Notes: a model not told the origin generated them from the sequence alone. DNA of 50,443 nucleotides from a candidate division WOR-3 bacterium (GCA_965649265.1 CBFGKC010000008.1:67010-117452); one strand, 5' to 3'; shown: positions 29,326-38,722, numbered from the stretch's first letter. Made by a program: numbers and translations.

Positions 29326-29418
29326 ATAGTAACATTTTTTGGGTCTTTGTCAAGGGCTTTTTCAAAGTTAAGGGCTAACAAAAATTGAACTTGACACATA
29401 AAGAAAATTATCTAAAAT
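29326..29418. promoter_or_regulatory. Back-to-back sigma70 promoters, module 3
   Basis: Minus: TTGACA(29353-48)-16-TACTAT. Plus: TTGACA(29391-96)-16-TAAAAT. Confidence 0.72.
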
Positions 29419-29424
29419 GTTAAT

Positions 29425-29549
29425 AGTAGGGCTGTCGAACGAAAACTTTTCCCAATACAGCTGGTGTTTCGAGAACAACCTCGTATGAGAGGTTGGGCGC
29501 TTGATACGTGACTGTAAAGCGTTTATGCCTTGATGCAAGGAGGATTATA
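29425..29549 (+). ncRNA. Conserved structured luxE leader, module 3
   Basis: CAGCTGGT then hairpin at 29466-29507 with inner stem AACCTC-gtatga-GAGGTT. Confidence 0.5.
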
Positions 29550-30695
29550 ATGAACGAGAAATACGAATCCAAATCGGAGTTCGTGGTGTCCCTCGGAAAC
29601 GAAATAATGGATTTCATCAGGAATGGAGCGGCCGGGCCCGATAGCGAAATGATTTTTAACGATTTGTCCATGAGACTCTTCGAGTACCAGTACAATGCGA
29701 ACATTGTCTACCGGAAGTATTGCGACAAAAAGGGTGTAAAGCCCGGGATGGTAAAAGCGTGGATGGATGTTCCTGCCGTCCCTGCCGTGGCTTTCAAGGA
29801 AGTCGAACTTCGCACGATTTCCGATGAAGAAACCGTACAGGTGCTGACGAGCAGCGGGACGTCCAACCCCGAGAAGCGCGCAAGGATCAGTCTTAACGAA
29901 ACGCAGGTCAAGATACGCGAATTGAACGGTGAATATCTCAAAGATCGCGGATATTACAAATCCCCGGACGAGAAGATCCATGCCTTGCTCCTGGCGCCGG
30001 ATCCGGCACTCATGCCCAGCGCGGCGGCCGGGATGAGTCAGATAAAAATTCTTATAGAAGGGCACTCTATCGGGAATCCGGAATTCTTCATTAGTCCCAA
30101 GGGATTCGATTTTAGCGCACTCGCGGAAAGACTGAAGCTTGCGGAGAAGACCGGCGAACCCGTGTTCATTGCGGGGGCCACCTTCGCGTACGTCCACTTT
30201 TTTGACTTCTGCCAGGCCCAGAACATCACCTTCAAGCTTCCAGCGGGAAGCCGCGCCATGGACGGCGGCGGCAACAAGGGAAAAGGAAGGGAACTCTCAA
30301 AGGAAGATTATCGGATGCTGGCCGAAAAGATCCTGGGCATACCCCAGAGTCACATGATCAATCACTACGGCTTGATAGAGATGGAAGCATCTTACGTAGA
30401 CAACGCCTTCTACAATCACGTGAGAGGCATTTCCGAGCCGCGCGCCAAGATGATCCCGCATTTTGCAAGAGTCGTTGTCGTCGATCCTGATACACTGGTC
30501 CCTCTCGCAAAGGGCGAGAAAGGCCTGCTGCGGCAGCACAGCGTGGCCAATCTTACCACCGTTCAGGCCGTTCTTACCGACGACATGGGCTACGAGATAG
30601 GTTCAGGCTTCGAGATCACGGGACGCGCCCGGGATGCGGAATCGCGCGGCTGCTCTATAGCCTACGACGAACTGATCTCGGCGCAAAAATCGTAA
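29550..30695 (+). CDS. luxE: LuxE-family acyl-protein synthetase, copy 3
   Basis: TSSGTS, GATFA, DGGGNKGK, YGLIE, LTDDMG, RGCS; ATG 29550 after AAGGAGG. Confidence 0.85.
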   Translation: MNEKYESKSEFVVSLGNEIMDFIRNGAAGPDSEMIFNDLSMRLFEYQYNANIVYRKYCDKKGVKPGMVKAWMDVPAVPAVAFKEVELRTISDEETVQVLTSSGTSNPEKRARISLNETQVKIRELNGEYLKDRGYYKSPDEKIHALLLAPDPALMPSAAAGMSQIKILIEGHSIGNPEFFISPKGFDFSALAERLKLAEKTGEPVFIAGATFAYVHFFDFCQAQNITFKLPAGSRAMDGGGNKGKGRELSKEDYRMLAEKILGIPQSHMINHYGLIEMEASYVDNAFYNHVRGISEPRAKMIPHFARVVVVDPDTLVPLAKGEKGLLRQHSVANLTTVQAVLTDDMGYEIGSGFEITGRARDAESRGCSIAYDELISAQKS

Positions 30696-30699
30696 TCCT

Positions 30700-31112
30700 T
30701 ACCCCTGCGGGGCATTTCCATCGGCAGCTTTAGATTAGAGGAAATAACACCCGTACCCAAAGGGCAGGGTCTGACCTATGAGGTAAGTCTTTACCTCATA
30801 GGTCATTCTCATAATCATACGAAGCTTCGCTCCGAAATCTAAGGAAATAACACATCCGTACCCCTGCGGGGCAGGGTCCGGCTCTTAAGGCGAGTGTTTA
30901 CCTTGCAGGTCAGGGTCCGCACCTTGTAATAAATCTTCATCAATATAGGGCGTTTTACGGGAGGCCTTAATCTAAGGAAATGCCGAGAGGGGAGAGGTGT
31001 TACGGGTGTGTTACGGGTGTGTTACGGGTGTGTTACGGGTGACCCTTGGAATGAGTCTTCATTCCATAGGTCAGGGTCTGACCCTTGGAATGAGTCTTCA
31101 TTCCATAGGTCA
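30700..31112. repeat. Cluster of REP-like hairpins and an 11-bp tandem repeat
   Basis: Perfect 15-bp-arm palindrome at 30772-30805; degenerate 39-bp units at 30872-30950; (GTGTTACGGGT)x4 at 30997-31040; two hairpins TGACCCTTGGAATGA-gtct-TCATTCCATAGGTCA at 31040-31073 and 31079-31112. Confidence 0.8.
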
Positions 31113-31334
31113 CTCTCATTTCCGCCTGGGCCTTCGGCCCAATCAAAAGATGTAATACACCATCCATTGAGAGATACGGACCAATGTCTATGGAAATTCG
31201 TGAATGGGGGAGGGGGGGTAATTAAACGCCTTGTGACGGCATTGCCTAAATCTCTATACAAGTTTTCTCTTGAGGGATGTCCCTTGCGGATTCTTCAATT
31301 TGTCTTCGGGCCGGGTCTAAAGTCAGGGGCTGTC

Positions 31335-31736
31335 TTATGCCGGGCTTGCGCCTTTTTTGTCCTTTTCTTTCTCCGCCCTTATCCAGGCCAGGGCTTCCTC
31401 CTCGGTTTCGAAGTATTTGTTGTCTTTTCCCTGTCCCACTGCGGTCATCACGATGTTGGATACCATTCGGATTACCGGTTTGGCGCCGAGGTTAGCTATT
31501 ATTTTGAAATGAGCGGATTTAAATTTCTCCTTGGCAACCCTGCGCGCCTCCTTGTCGGGCATTTTCTGGGCATCGCAGAATACCCAACCGATGATATAGC
31601 GCTGCTGCTCAGGGGTGAACTTAGAAACCTCATTAAAGTACTCTTCGAGTGTTTCCACATCGAATTTCTTGTAGATCTCTGACCGAAGAACCCCTTCCTT
31701 CTCATCGTACCATAGTTTGAAAGTCTTTTCTTCCAT
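31335..31736 (-). CDS. STAS/SEC14 (SpoIIAA-like) protein, WYDEKEG type
   Basis: FKLWYDEKEGVLRS, GAKPVIRMV, FETEEEALAWI; ATG 31736 after AGGAGG; own TTGACA-16-TATCAT promoter at 31868-31841. Confidence 0.82.
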   Translation of the reverse strand: MEEKTFKLWYDEKEGVLRSEIYKKFDVETLEEYFNEVSKFTPEQQRYIIGWVFCDAQKMPDKEARRVAKEKFKSAHFKIIANLGAKPVIRMVSNIVMTAVGQGKDNKYFETEEEALAWIRAEKEKDKKGASPA

Positions 31737-31978
31737 TGTTGATTCCTCCTGGAAATTCATACCTATTCACCCTGCTTATATATGGAAACCACTTTACCGG
31801 TGCGATGTTACCCACGCTTATTTTAATTATAAAGTATAGAATGATAGTACTTTTCAGGTCTTTGTCAAGGGTCTTTACGGGTCAGGGCTCTTTTGAATGG
31901 ACTCGGCAGCAAAAATGTCCCGCAAGAATATCGGCAAACAACGTTTGAGAACGGGTATTTTATGCGGCAGGTACTGTC

Positions 31979-32383
31979 TTATTTTTGACCGGCTGCGGCT
32001 TGTCTCTCTTTCTCCTTTTCCGTTCTTATCCAGGCCAGGGCCTCTTCTTCCTTTTCGAAAAACTTGACGTCTTTTCCTCGCCCCTGGGCGGTTAATACGA
32101 TGCTGGCGACCATGCGGATCACCGGTTTGGCACCCCAGATTGCCGCCTTCTTGAAGTGCACAAGCGAGGCTTTCTCTTTGCCAATCCTTCGCTCTTCCTT
32201 GCCGGGCATTTGCTGTGCATTGTCCAATATCTGACCGACGATATATTGCTGTTGTTCCGGCGTATACCTGGACATATCGGCACTGAGCTCTTCGAGGGTT
32301 TCCGCGTTGAATCTTTCGTATATTTCTCCGCGAAGCACGCCCTCCTTTTCATCGTACCAGTGCTTGAACTTCGGCGACGCCAT
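31979..32383 (-). CDS. STAS/SEC14 (SpoIIAA-like) protein, WYDEKEG type
   Basis: FKHWYDEKEGVLRG, WGAKPVIRMV, FFEKEEEALAWI; AGGAGG RBS. Confidence 0.82.
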   Translation of the reverse strand: MASPKFKHWYDEKEGVLRGEIYERFNAETLEELSADMSRYTPEQQQYIVGQILDNAQQMPGKEERRIGKEKASLVHFKKAAIWGAKPVIRMVASIVLTAQGRGKDVKFFEKEEEALAWIRTEKEKERQAAAGQK

Positions 32384-32597
32384 GCTTGCCTCCTAGGGTT
32401 TTATGCTTATTAACCCTCCTGTGCCGGATTAATTAACCATTACCTGCACGAAACTGAAACTAAAGAAAACAATCCGCTAACACTTTTAAGCCGTAAATCA
32501 AAAGTTTTATTTCGATTACAGATCAATTTATACTTAATTTAGCGCCCTATGAATTCATCGGTAGAAACATATTAATAACGTACTGAAGAGCCGGGTT

Positions 32598-32996
32598 CTA
32601 AACGCTTGCCGCTTTCTTTTCCTTTTCTTTTTCCGCTCTAATCCATGCCAGGGCTTCTTCCTCGGTTTCGAAGTACTTGTTGTCTTTTCCTTTTCCCACG
32701 GCGGTCATCACAATGTTGGAAACCATTCGTACTATAGGTTTTGCACCCAGGTTCGCCACCTTTTTGAAATTGGCGGTCTTGAATTTCTCTTTCGCGGCCC
32801 TGCGCGCTTCCTTGTCGGGCATCTGCTGGGCATCGTCGAATATCCAGCCGATAATGTAGCGCTGCTGTTCCGGTGTAAACTTTGAAATCTCGTTGAAGTA
32901 TAGTTCCAGGGATTCCACGTCGAATCTTTTGTATATCTCCGAACGAATCACCCCCTCCTTCTCATCATACCAGAGTTTAAAGTTCTTTTCCGCCAT
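32598..32996 (-). CDS. STAS/SEC14 (SpoIIAA-like) protein, WYDEKEG type
   Basis: Close paralogue of 31335-31736; AAGGAGG RBS. Confidence 0.82.
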   Translation of the reverse strand: MAEKNFKLWYDEKEGVIRSEIYKRFDVESLELYFNEISKFTPEQQRYIIGWIFDDAQQMPDKEARRAAKEKFKTANFKKVANLGAKPIVRMVSNIVMTAVGKGKDNKYFETEEEALAWIRAEKEKEKKAASV

Positions 32997-33100
32997 TGCA
33001 ACCTCCTTGAGGTTTTTATTTGTAAACCCTCCTGTTTTGGCATCAGGATATCATATCAGCTCAGGTTTACCCACACGTAGCCATTTATAAAGTTTACAAT

Positions 33101-33195
33101 ATACTAGTACCTTTTGGGGTTTTGTCAAGGTCTTTTTTTTCGATTTAAGCGCAGCTTTAAAATGGACTTGACACGTAAGAAAAATTATCTAAAAT
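33101..33195. promoter_or_regulatory. Back-to-back sigma70 promoters, module 4
   Basis: Minus: TTGACA(33128-23)-16-TAGTAT. Plus: TTGACA(33168-73)-16-TAAAAT. Confidence 0.72.
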
Positions 33196-33201
33196 ATCAA
33201 T

Positions 33202-33322
33202 AGCAGGGCTAAAGAACGAAAACCTTCCCATAAACAGCTGGTGTTTCGAGTGCGGCCTCGTATGAGAGGTTGGGCGCTTGAAACGAAAAGAACGTCGTAT
33301 GCGTTTGTGCAAGGAGGATTCA
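33202..33322 (+). ncRNA. Conserved structured luxE leader, module 4
   Basis: Hairpin at 33243-33284: GTTTCGAGTGC-GGCCTC-gtatga-GAGGTT-gg-GCGCTTGAAAC. Confidence 0.5.
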
Positions 33323-34474
33323 ATGAGCGAGAAATACGCTACCAAATCGGAATTCGTACAATCCCTGGCGAATGACATTCAGGATTTCATGAAAAACGGG
33401 ACGCAACAATCAGATGCTACTAATGAGAAGAAGTTCAACGAGTTGTCCATGAGGCTTTTCGAGTACCAGTACAACGCTAACCCGGTCTATAAGAAATACT
33501 GCGACAAACGCGGGGTGAAGCCGGGCATGGTAAGCGAGTGGACCGATGTTCCTTCGGTTCCCGCCACGGCGTTCAAGGAGGTTGAATTCAGCACTTTTTC
33601 AAAGGAAGAAACGGTGCTTGTTTTCACGAGCAGCGGGACAACCAATCCCGAGAAGCGCTCGAGGGTCAGTTATAACGAAACGATGCTGGCGATATATGAT
33701 ATGTCCCTTCAATATCTGCAGGGCAGGTGCATGTACAAATCCCCTGACGAAAAGCTCCATGCGCTCATGCTCGGGCCCGATCCCGAGTTGATGCCTTCTG
33801 CGGCGATGGGAATGCGCAATCTGGTGATGCTGGCGCAGGGGCACTCAGTCGGTAAGCCTGAGTTTTTCATCACTCCTACGGGATTCGATTTCGCCTCGCT
33901 CGTTGAAAGACTGAAGAAAGCGGAGCAGTCGGGCGAACCCGTGATGATTGCAGGGGCCACCTCCGGTTACGTCTACTTATACGATTTTTGCCAGGCGCAG
34001 GGCATCTCATTCAAGCTTCCCGAGGGGAGCCGGGCGTTTGACGGCGGAGGCAACAAGGGTAAAGGGAGAGAGATTCCCAAAGACGAGTACTACAAGCTTG
34101 GAGAAAAGATACTGGGCATACCCCAGCATCATCTGGTCAACATGTACGGCTCGACCGAGGTGCAGGCGGGATACTTTGACAACGTTCTCTACAATCACTA
34201 CAAGGGCGTTTCCGAGCCGCGCTACAAGGTTATCCCTCACTTTGCCAGGGTCGTCGTAGTAAATCCCGATACCCTTGAGCCTGTGCCTAAAGGCGAGCGG
34301 GGGCTGCTGCGACATCACACCGTTATCAATCTCGTGACCGTTCAGGCCGTTCTTACCGATGACGTAGGCTTCGAGATAGGCTCCGGCCTCGAGGTCACAG
34401 GCCGCGCTCAGGGTTCGGAAACGCGCGGCTGCTCTATCGCCTACGACGAACTCATCTCCGCGCAACAGGCATAG
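33323..34474 (+). CDS. luxE: LuxE-family acyl-protein synthetase, copy 4
   Basis: TSSGTT, GATSG, DGGGNKGK, YGSTE, LTDDVG, RGCS; ATG 33323 after AAGGAGG. Confidence 0.85.
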   Translation: MSEKYATKSEFVQSLANDIQDFMKNGTQQSDATNEKKFNELSMRLFEYQYNANPVYKKYCDKRGVKPGMVSEWTDVPSVPATAFKEVEFSTFSKEETVLVFTSSGTTNPEKRSRVSYNETMLAIYDMSLQYLQGRCMYKSPDEKLHALMLGPDPELMPSAAMGMRNLVMLAQGHSVGKPEFFITPTGFDFASLVERLKKAEQSGEPVMIAGATSGYVYLYDFCQAQGISFKLPEGSRAFDGGGNKGKGREIPKDEYYKLGEKILGIPQHHLVNMYGSTEVQAGYFDNVLYNHYKGVSEPRYKVIPHFARVVVVNPDTLEPVPKGERGLLRHHTVINLVTVQAVLTDDVGFEIGSGLEVTGRAQGSETRGCSIAYDELISAQQA

Positions 34475-34483
34475 GAGGCTACT

Positions 34484-35911
34484 GTGTCCGAAGTCACTAC
34501 ACTTCCTGCGTTCTACCTGCCCGGGCTGAAAGAATCCGATTTCGCTCAGTTCGTTCCGCTCGAGTTCGGCTCGAACGGAATCAAGGTCAAGATGCACGCG
34601 CCCGTTCTCACGCCGGAACTCTTGAAGAAGACCATTGCCTCGCTGCGAAAGGCGCGCGAGGAGTACCTTGTTAAAAAACCCGTGTTCGAGATAGCCGAGA
34701 CCATAGGCAAGGTTCTCGAGCTGTGGAGCGACCCTCAATACCCTCCCCGCAAGCTCGCCGAAAAGCTCCTGCCCGTCATCACCGGTTTTTCCTCACCCAT
34801 GATCCAGCTCACCCTGGGGGGTATCATGTCCAGGTACTCGCCCAAAAACCTCAAGCTTCTCCTCGAGGATGAGTTCGAGGACCCGCGCGTTCTGGATGAG
34901 TTCCGGCCCCGCAAAAGAGCCGGCGGGTTCATAAGAGCCCACGGCCCCGCCCTCACCACCGTCATCCTTGCGGGTAATGCCCCGGGCATATCCATGGAGA
35001 ACACCATCCTCGGTCTTTTAATGAAATCGGCCGTCCTTGCAAAATCCTCGTCCGATGAGCCGCTGTTTGCCGCGCTTTTCGCCCAGTCCATCGCGGAGAT
35101 AGACCCCATGCTCGCGCAGTGCGTGGCCATGCTCCTGTGGAAGGGCGGCAGCGAGGAGATAGAGCGGCTGGCGTTCGGCCAGTCCGACGCCGTCATCGTA
35201 TACGGTTCCGAGCACTCGGTCAATGAGGTTCGCAAAAGAGTCCCGCCGGGTGTCAGGCTCGTCACCTACGGCCACAAGCTGAGCTTCGGCGTTATAGGCC
35301 GCGAAGCTCTCTCCGCGGCCAAAGTAAAGGAAACGGCCGAGTACGCGGCAGTCAACGTATCAATGATGGATCAGCAGGGCTGCGTATCCCCGCACGTCTT
35401 CTACGTCGAAGAGGGGGGAGAGGCCTCCGCAAGGGAATTCGCAAGGTTTCTGGCACTCGAAATGGAGTCCTTCAACGTGCAGGTTCCGAGAGGCCAGATT
35501 TCGGGAGCCGAAGCCGCGCACATCAACTCGCTTCGTGGCTCGTACGAATTCCGCGAACTCACCAGTGACGACGTGAATCTCTTTACAAGCTCGCCCGGCA
35601 CCGACTGGACGGTCATATACGAGAAGGACCCCGCCTTCGTGCCCTCATGCCTGAACCGGACGATCCGCGTGAAGCCGGTCGATGACGCGATGGACATCGT
35701 CCGCCTTGTCACGCCCATAAAGCAGTATTTGCAGACGATGGGCGCGGCGCTTCCGCGGGAAAGGCTCATGCCTCTTGCCGAGAAGATGGCCGGGTTGGGC
35801 ATAGACCGCATTCCGAGGCTCGGAGCAATGGCAGGTCCCTCGCTCCTCTGGCGACACGACGGCCGTTTTAACCTTCTCGATCTGATTCGCTGGACCGGCA
35901 TCGAAGAGTAA
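34484..35911 (+). CDS. luxC: LuxC-family acyl-CoA/acyl-protein reductase, copy 1
   Basis: AGNAPG, K.SS.EP, WKGG, YGS..SV, YGHKLSFG, catalytic DQQGCVSP, HDG; GTG start after AGGAGG, 9 nt after luxE4. Confidence 0.88.
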   Translation: MSEVTTLPAFYLPGLKESDFAQFVPLEFGSNGIKVKMHAPVLTPELLKKTIASLRKAREEYLVKKPVFEIAETIGKVLELWSDPQYPPRKLAEKLLPVITGFSSPMIQLTLGGIMSRYSPKNLKLLLEDEFEDPRVLDEFRPRKRAGGFIRAHGPALTTVILAGNAPGISMENTILGLLMKSAVLAKSSSDEPLFAALFAQSIAEIDPMLAQCVAMLLWKGGSEEIERLAFGQSDAVIVYGSEHSVNEVRKRVPPGVRLVTYGHKLSFGVIGREALSAAKVKETAEYAAVNVSMMDQQGCVSPHVFYVEEGGEASAREFARFLALEMESFNVQVPRGQISGAEAAHINSLRGSYEFRELTSDDVNLFTSSPGTDWTVIYEKDPAFVPSCLNRTIRVKPVDDAMDIVRLVTPIKQYLQTMGAALPRERLMPLAEKMAGLGIDRIPRLGAMAGPSLLWRHDGRFNLLDLIRWTGIEE

Positions 35912-36143
35912 CCCGTCCACCCGTACCCCTGCGGGGCATTTCCATCGGCAGCTTTAAATAAGAGGAAATAACACCCCGTAACACCCCCCCTCCGGGGATC
36001 ATCTGTCAGGATGACATCAATCTTATTTACACGTTGGAACTCTAAGAGGTTTGGATTTGCGTAAAAAGGAAATCCCCCTCCGGGGGGAGGGGGGCATCAA
36101 AAGTCTTAATATCCCTGACTGTTACTTCCTGCGGCTCAGAGTA

Positions 36144-36809
36144 TCAGGAACGCAGCTGGGACTTGGGTCTCTGATCGGCTGACTCGGAATCCTCCAGCCG
36201 CCTGAAGGCCCACTTTAAACCCTCGGAGAGGTTTGAGAGGGTCTCGACCTCCGAAAGATCCACTCCGAGATGGACTATTGTCTGGGCTACCTCGGGTCTT
36301 ATACCCGTTATCACGCACTCGGCTCCGAGAAGCTTTACGGCCGCAACCGTCTTTAACAAATGGTTGGCCACCGCCGAGTCAACGTTAGGCACACCGGTGA
36401 TGTCGAGTATCGTTACTTTTGACTGCGTGCCGGAGATGTCGGTCAGAAGCGTTTCAGTAAGGCTCTGCGAGCGGCGGGTGTCAAGGGTGCCTATGAGAGG
36501 GAGGACAAGAACCTGCTCCCATATTTTAAGAATCGGCGTGGAGAGCTCCTCTATGGCCTGGCGTTGCTTCTCGATTAATTCGAGCTTCTCCGCAAGCTCT
36601 TCCGCGCGTTTGCGGCTCTCGTCGATCGTGTCTCCCATATCGGTTATGAGGACTTGTATTCCGGTTTCAACGCCCGTCAGGGCATCAGGATTCTCCTCAT
36701 CAAGTTCGATCTCCACGTTGAATTCGCCGCACGCCGCCTGGGAGAGAATCTCTTCCATCCTTGCGAGTCTTTCATCCAGATCCCTTATTCCTATGGATTC
36801 TTTTGGCAT
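36144..36809 (-). CDS. RsbR-like STAS protein (type B)
   Basis: RLARMEEILSQAACGEF, coiled coil, RsbR STAS motifs; close paralogue of 25808-26488. Confidence 0.9.
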   Translation of the reverse strand: MPKESIGIRDLDERLARMEEILSQAACGEFNVEIELDEENPDALTGVETGIQVLITDMGDTIDESRKRAEELAEKLELIEKQRQAIEELSTPILKIWEQVLVLPLIGTLDTRRSQSLTETLLTDISGTQSKVTILDITGVPNVDSAVANHLLKTVAAVKLLGAECVITGIRPEVAQTIVHLGVDLSEVETLSNLSEGLKWAFRRLEDSESADQRPKSQLRS

Positions 36810-36835
36810 TATCGGCTTCCTGTGAGATTAAAATC

Positions 36836-37243
36836 TCACGCCTTGCTTGCCGCGGATGTTTCATCCTTGTTCTTTTGTTCTTTTAACCAGGCAACACCTT
36901 CGTTTTCGCTATCGAAGAACCTGAGGCTTTTTCCTTTTCCCACGGCGGTCAGAACTATCTTGGCAACCATGCGAAGACCCGGTTTTGCGCCCCAGATAGC
37001 GATATTACCCCACTTTATTACCTTTCCCTTCTCCGCCGCGACCTTACGGGTCTCCTTATCTACGAGTTTTTGAGCATCGTCGTTCACAAAGCAAATAACA
37101 TAACGTTGCTGTTCTTCGGGATAAGTTGCCATGTCGGAAAAGAACTGTGCGGTTGCCTCCGGGTCGTATCTTTCAAGGACATTAACGTGCAGGAACCCTT
37201 CTTTTTCATCGAACCAGTGTTGAAACTTTTTTCTGTCTATCAT
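36836..37243 (-). CDS. STAS/SEC14 (SpoIIAA-like) protein, WFDEKEG type
   Basis: FQHWFDEKEGFL, WGAKPGLRMV, FFDSENEGVAWL; AGGAGG RBS. Confidence 0.82.
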   Translation of the reverse strand: MIDRKKFQHWFDEKEGFLHVNVLERYDPEATAQFFSDMATYPEEQQRYVICFVNDDAQKLVDKETRKVAAEKGKVIKWGNIAIWGAKPGLRMVAKIVLTAVGKGKSLRFFDSENEGVAWLKEQKNKDETSAASKA

Positions 37244-37343
37244 TGAAGCCTCCTAGAAGTTTTCTTATTTGCCCTCCTGTTTGTAAAAAACTGCATTACA
37301 TGTTTCTTACTGCCCACATGAACTCGAATCATAGTTACACGAT

Positions 37344-37437
37344 ATACTAATATTTTTTAGGTTTTTGTCAAGCGTCTTTTTACGGATTATGGTCTTTTGA
37401 AAAATAGACTTGACACATAAAAGAAATTTTCTAAAAT
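37344..37437. promoter_or_regulatory. Back-to-back sigma70 promoters, module 5
   Basis: Minus: TTGACA(37371-66)-16-TAGTAT. Plus: TTGACA(37410-15)-16-TAAAAT. Confidence 0.72.
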
Positions 37438-37443
37438 GATAAT

Positions 37444-37576
37444 ACATATAAAGAATAGGGCTAAACGACGAATTCTTTCCTAAAACAGCTGGTGTTTCGA
37501 TAGAGCCTCGCTTGAGGTAGGGCTCATGAAACGAGTTAAATAAAACGTCTTTTGCGTTGAAATCAAGGAGGATTCC
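37444..37576 (+). ncRNA. Conserved structured luxE leader, module 5 (diverged)
   Basis: AGGGCTAA...TTCCTAAAACAGCTGGT then hairpin at 37494-37532 with re-coded arms (GAGCC/GGCTC, CCTC-gctt-GAGG). Confidence 0.45.
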
Positions 37577-38722
37577 ATGAGTGCGAAATACGCTTCCGAT
37601 TCTGAATTTGTTCATTCCCTTGCAAAGGATATAGAGGTTTTTATAAAAGCCGGTCCAGAACAGCCCGATACGGATAAGAAGTACAACGAATTGTCCCTGA
37701 GGCTGTTCGAGTACCAGTACAACACAAACATTCCATATCAGAAGTTCTGCGATAAACGTGGTGTTAAACCGGGCACAATAGAATCCTGGGAAAATGTTCC
37801 CGTAGTCACAACCTCCGCATTCAAGGAAGTGACATTTAGAACCTTCCCGGAGGAAGAGACGGTAATGCTTTTTACAAGCAGCGGAACAGGCAATCCGGAC
37901 AAACGTTCAAAGGTCTACATGAATGAGATGGGCCTCAAGTTATTCGATTTGTCCACTCAAGCCGCAATAGGCGCCGGTCTTTACAACTCCCCGGATGAGA
38001 AGTTGCATGCATTCCTTCTTGGACCCGATCCGGAACTGACACCCGAGGCAGCCATAGTTGTACGTGGTTTGATACAGGTGGTTCAGGGTCATTACATCGG
38101 TAAACCGGAATTCTTCGTCAAGCCCACCGGATTTGATTTCCCGGGTCTTGTATCCAGACTCAAACAAGCCGAAGATTCGGGTGAACCGGTTGTGCTGGCC
38201 GGAGCGACGTTCGGATACGTTCACTTCTTCGACTACTGCCAGTCCCAGGGTCTTTCTTTCAAGCTGCCCGAGGGCAGCCGCTCTTTTGACGGCGGAGGTA
38301 ACAAGGGCAAGTCGAGAGAAATCACGAGAGACGAGTACTGCCAGCTGGGAGAAAAGATACTGGGCATACCCCCGTATCTCATGGTCAACTGTTACGGAAT
38401 GGTCGAGGTACCCCTGCCTTTCATGGATAACGTTTTCTACAGTCACAAAAGAGGTCTTTCCGACTCGCGCTACAAGATGATTCCTCACTGGGGAAAAACC
38501 CTTGTTGTCGATCCCGATACGCTCGTGCCTTTGCCGAAGGGCGAGCAAGGTTTGCTATGCCATCACTGCCTGGCCAATCTTGTATCCGCTCAGGCCGTTC
38601 AGACGGATGACATAGGTGTTGCAGTCGGTTCCGGGTTTAACATCCTGGGCCGCGCCAAAGGCTCGGAGGCACGCGGCTGCTCCATCGCCGTGGACGAACT
38701 CATCTCCGCGCAAAAATCGTAA
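37577..38722 (+). CDS. luxE: LuxE-family acyl-protein synthetase, copy 5
   Basis: TSSGTG, GATFG, DGGGNKGK, YGMVE, QTDDIG, RGCS; AAGGAGG RBS. Confidence 0.85.
   Translation: MSAKYASDSEFVHSLAKDIEVFIKAGPEQPDTDKKYNELSLRLFEYQYNTNIPYQKFCDKRGVKPGTIESWENVPVVTTSAFKEVTFRTFPEEETVMLFTSSGTGNPDKRSKVYMNEMGLKLFDLSTQAAIGAGLYNSPDEKLHAFLLGPDPELTPEAAIVVRGLIQVVQGHYIGKPEFFVKPTGFDFPGLVSRLKQAEDSGEPVVLAGATFGYVHFFDYCQSQGLSFKLPEGSRSFDGGGNKGKSREITRDEYCQLGEKILGIPPYLMVNCYGMVEVPLPFMDNVFYSHKRGLSDSRYKMIPHWGKTLVVDPDTLVPLPKGEQGLLCHHCLANLVSAQAVQTDDIGVAVGSGFNILGRAKGSEARGCSIAVDELISAQKS

Noticed and set aside
30872-31112. CRISPR array suggested by 39-bp periodic palindromes
   Set aside because: Repeats abut one another with no unique spacers, there are only two per run, and no cas genes are present.
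31008-31682. 224-aa ORF with repeated DPWNESSFHRS, and its relative at 28723-29310
   Set aside because: Translation of non-coding palindromic repeats running antisense into a STAS gene; no RBS.
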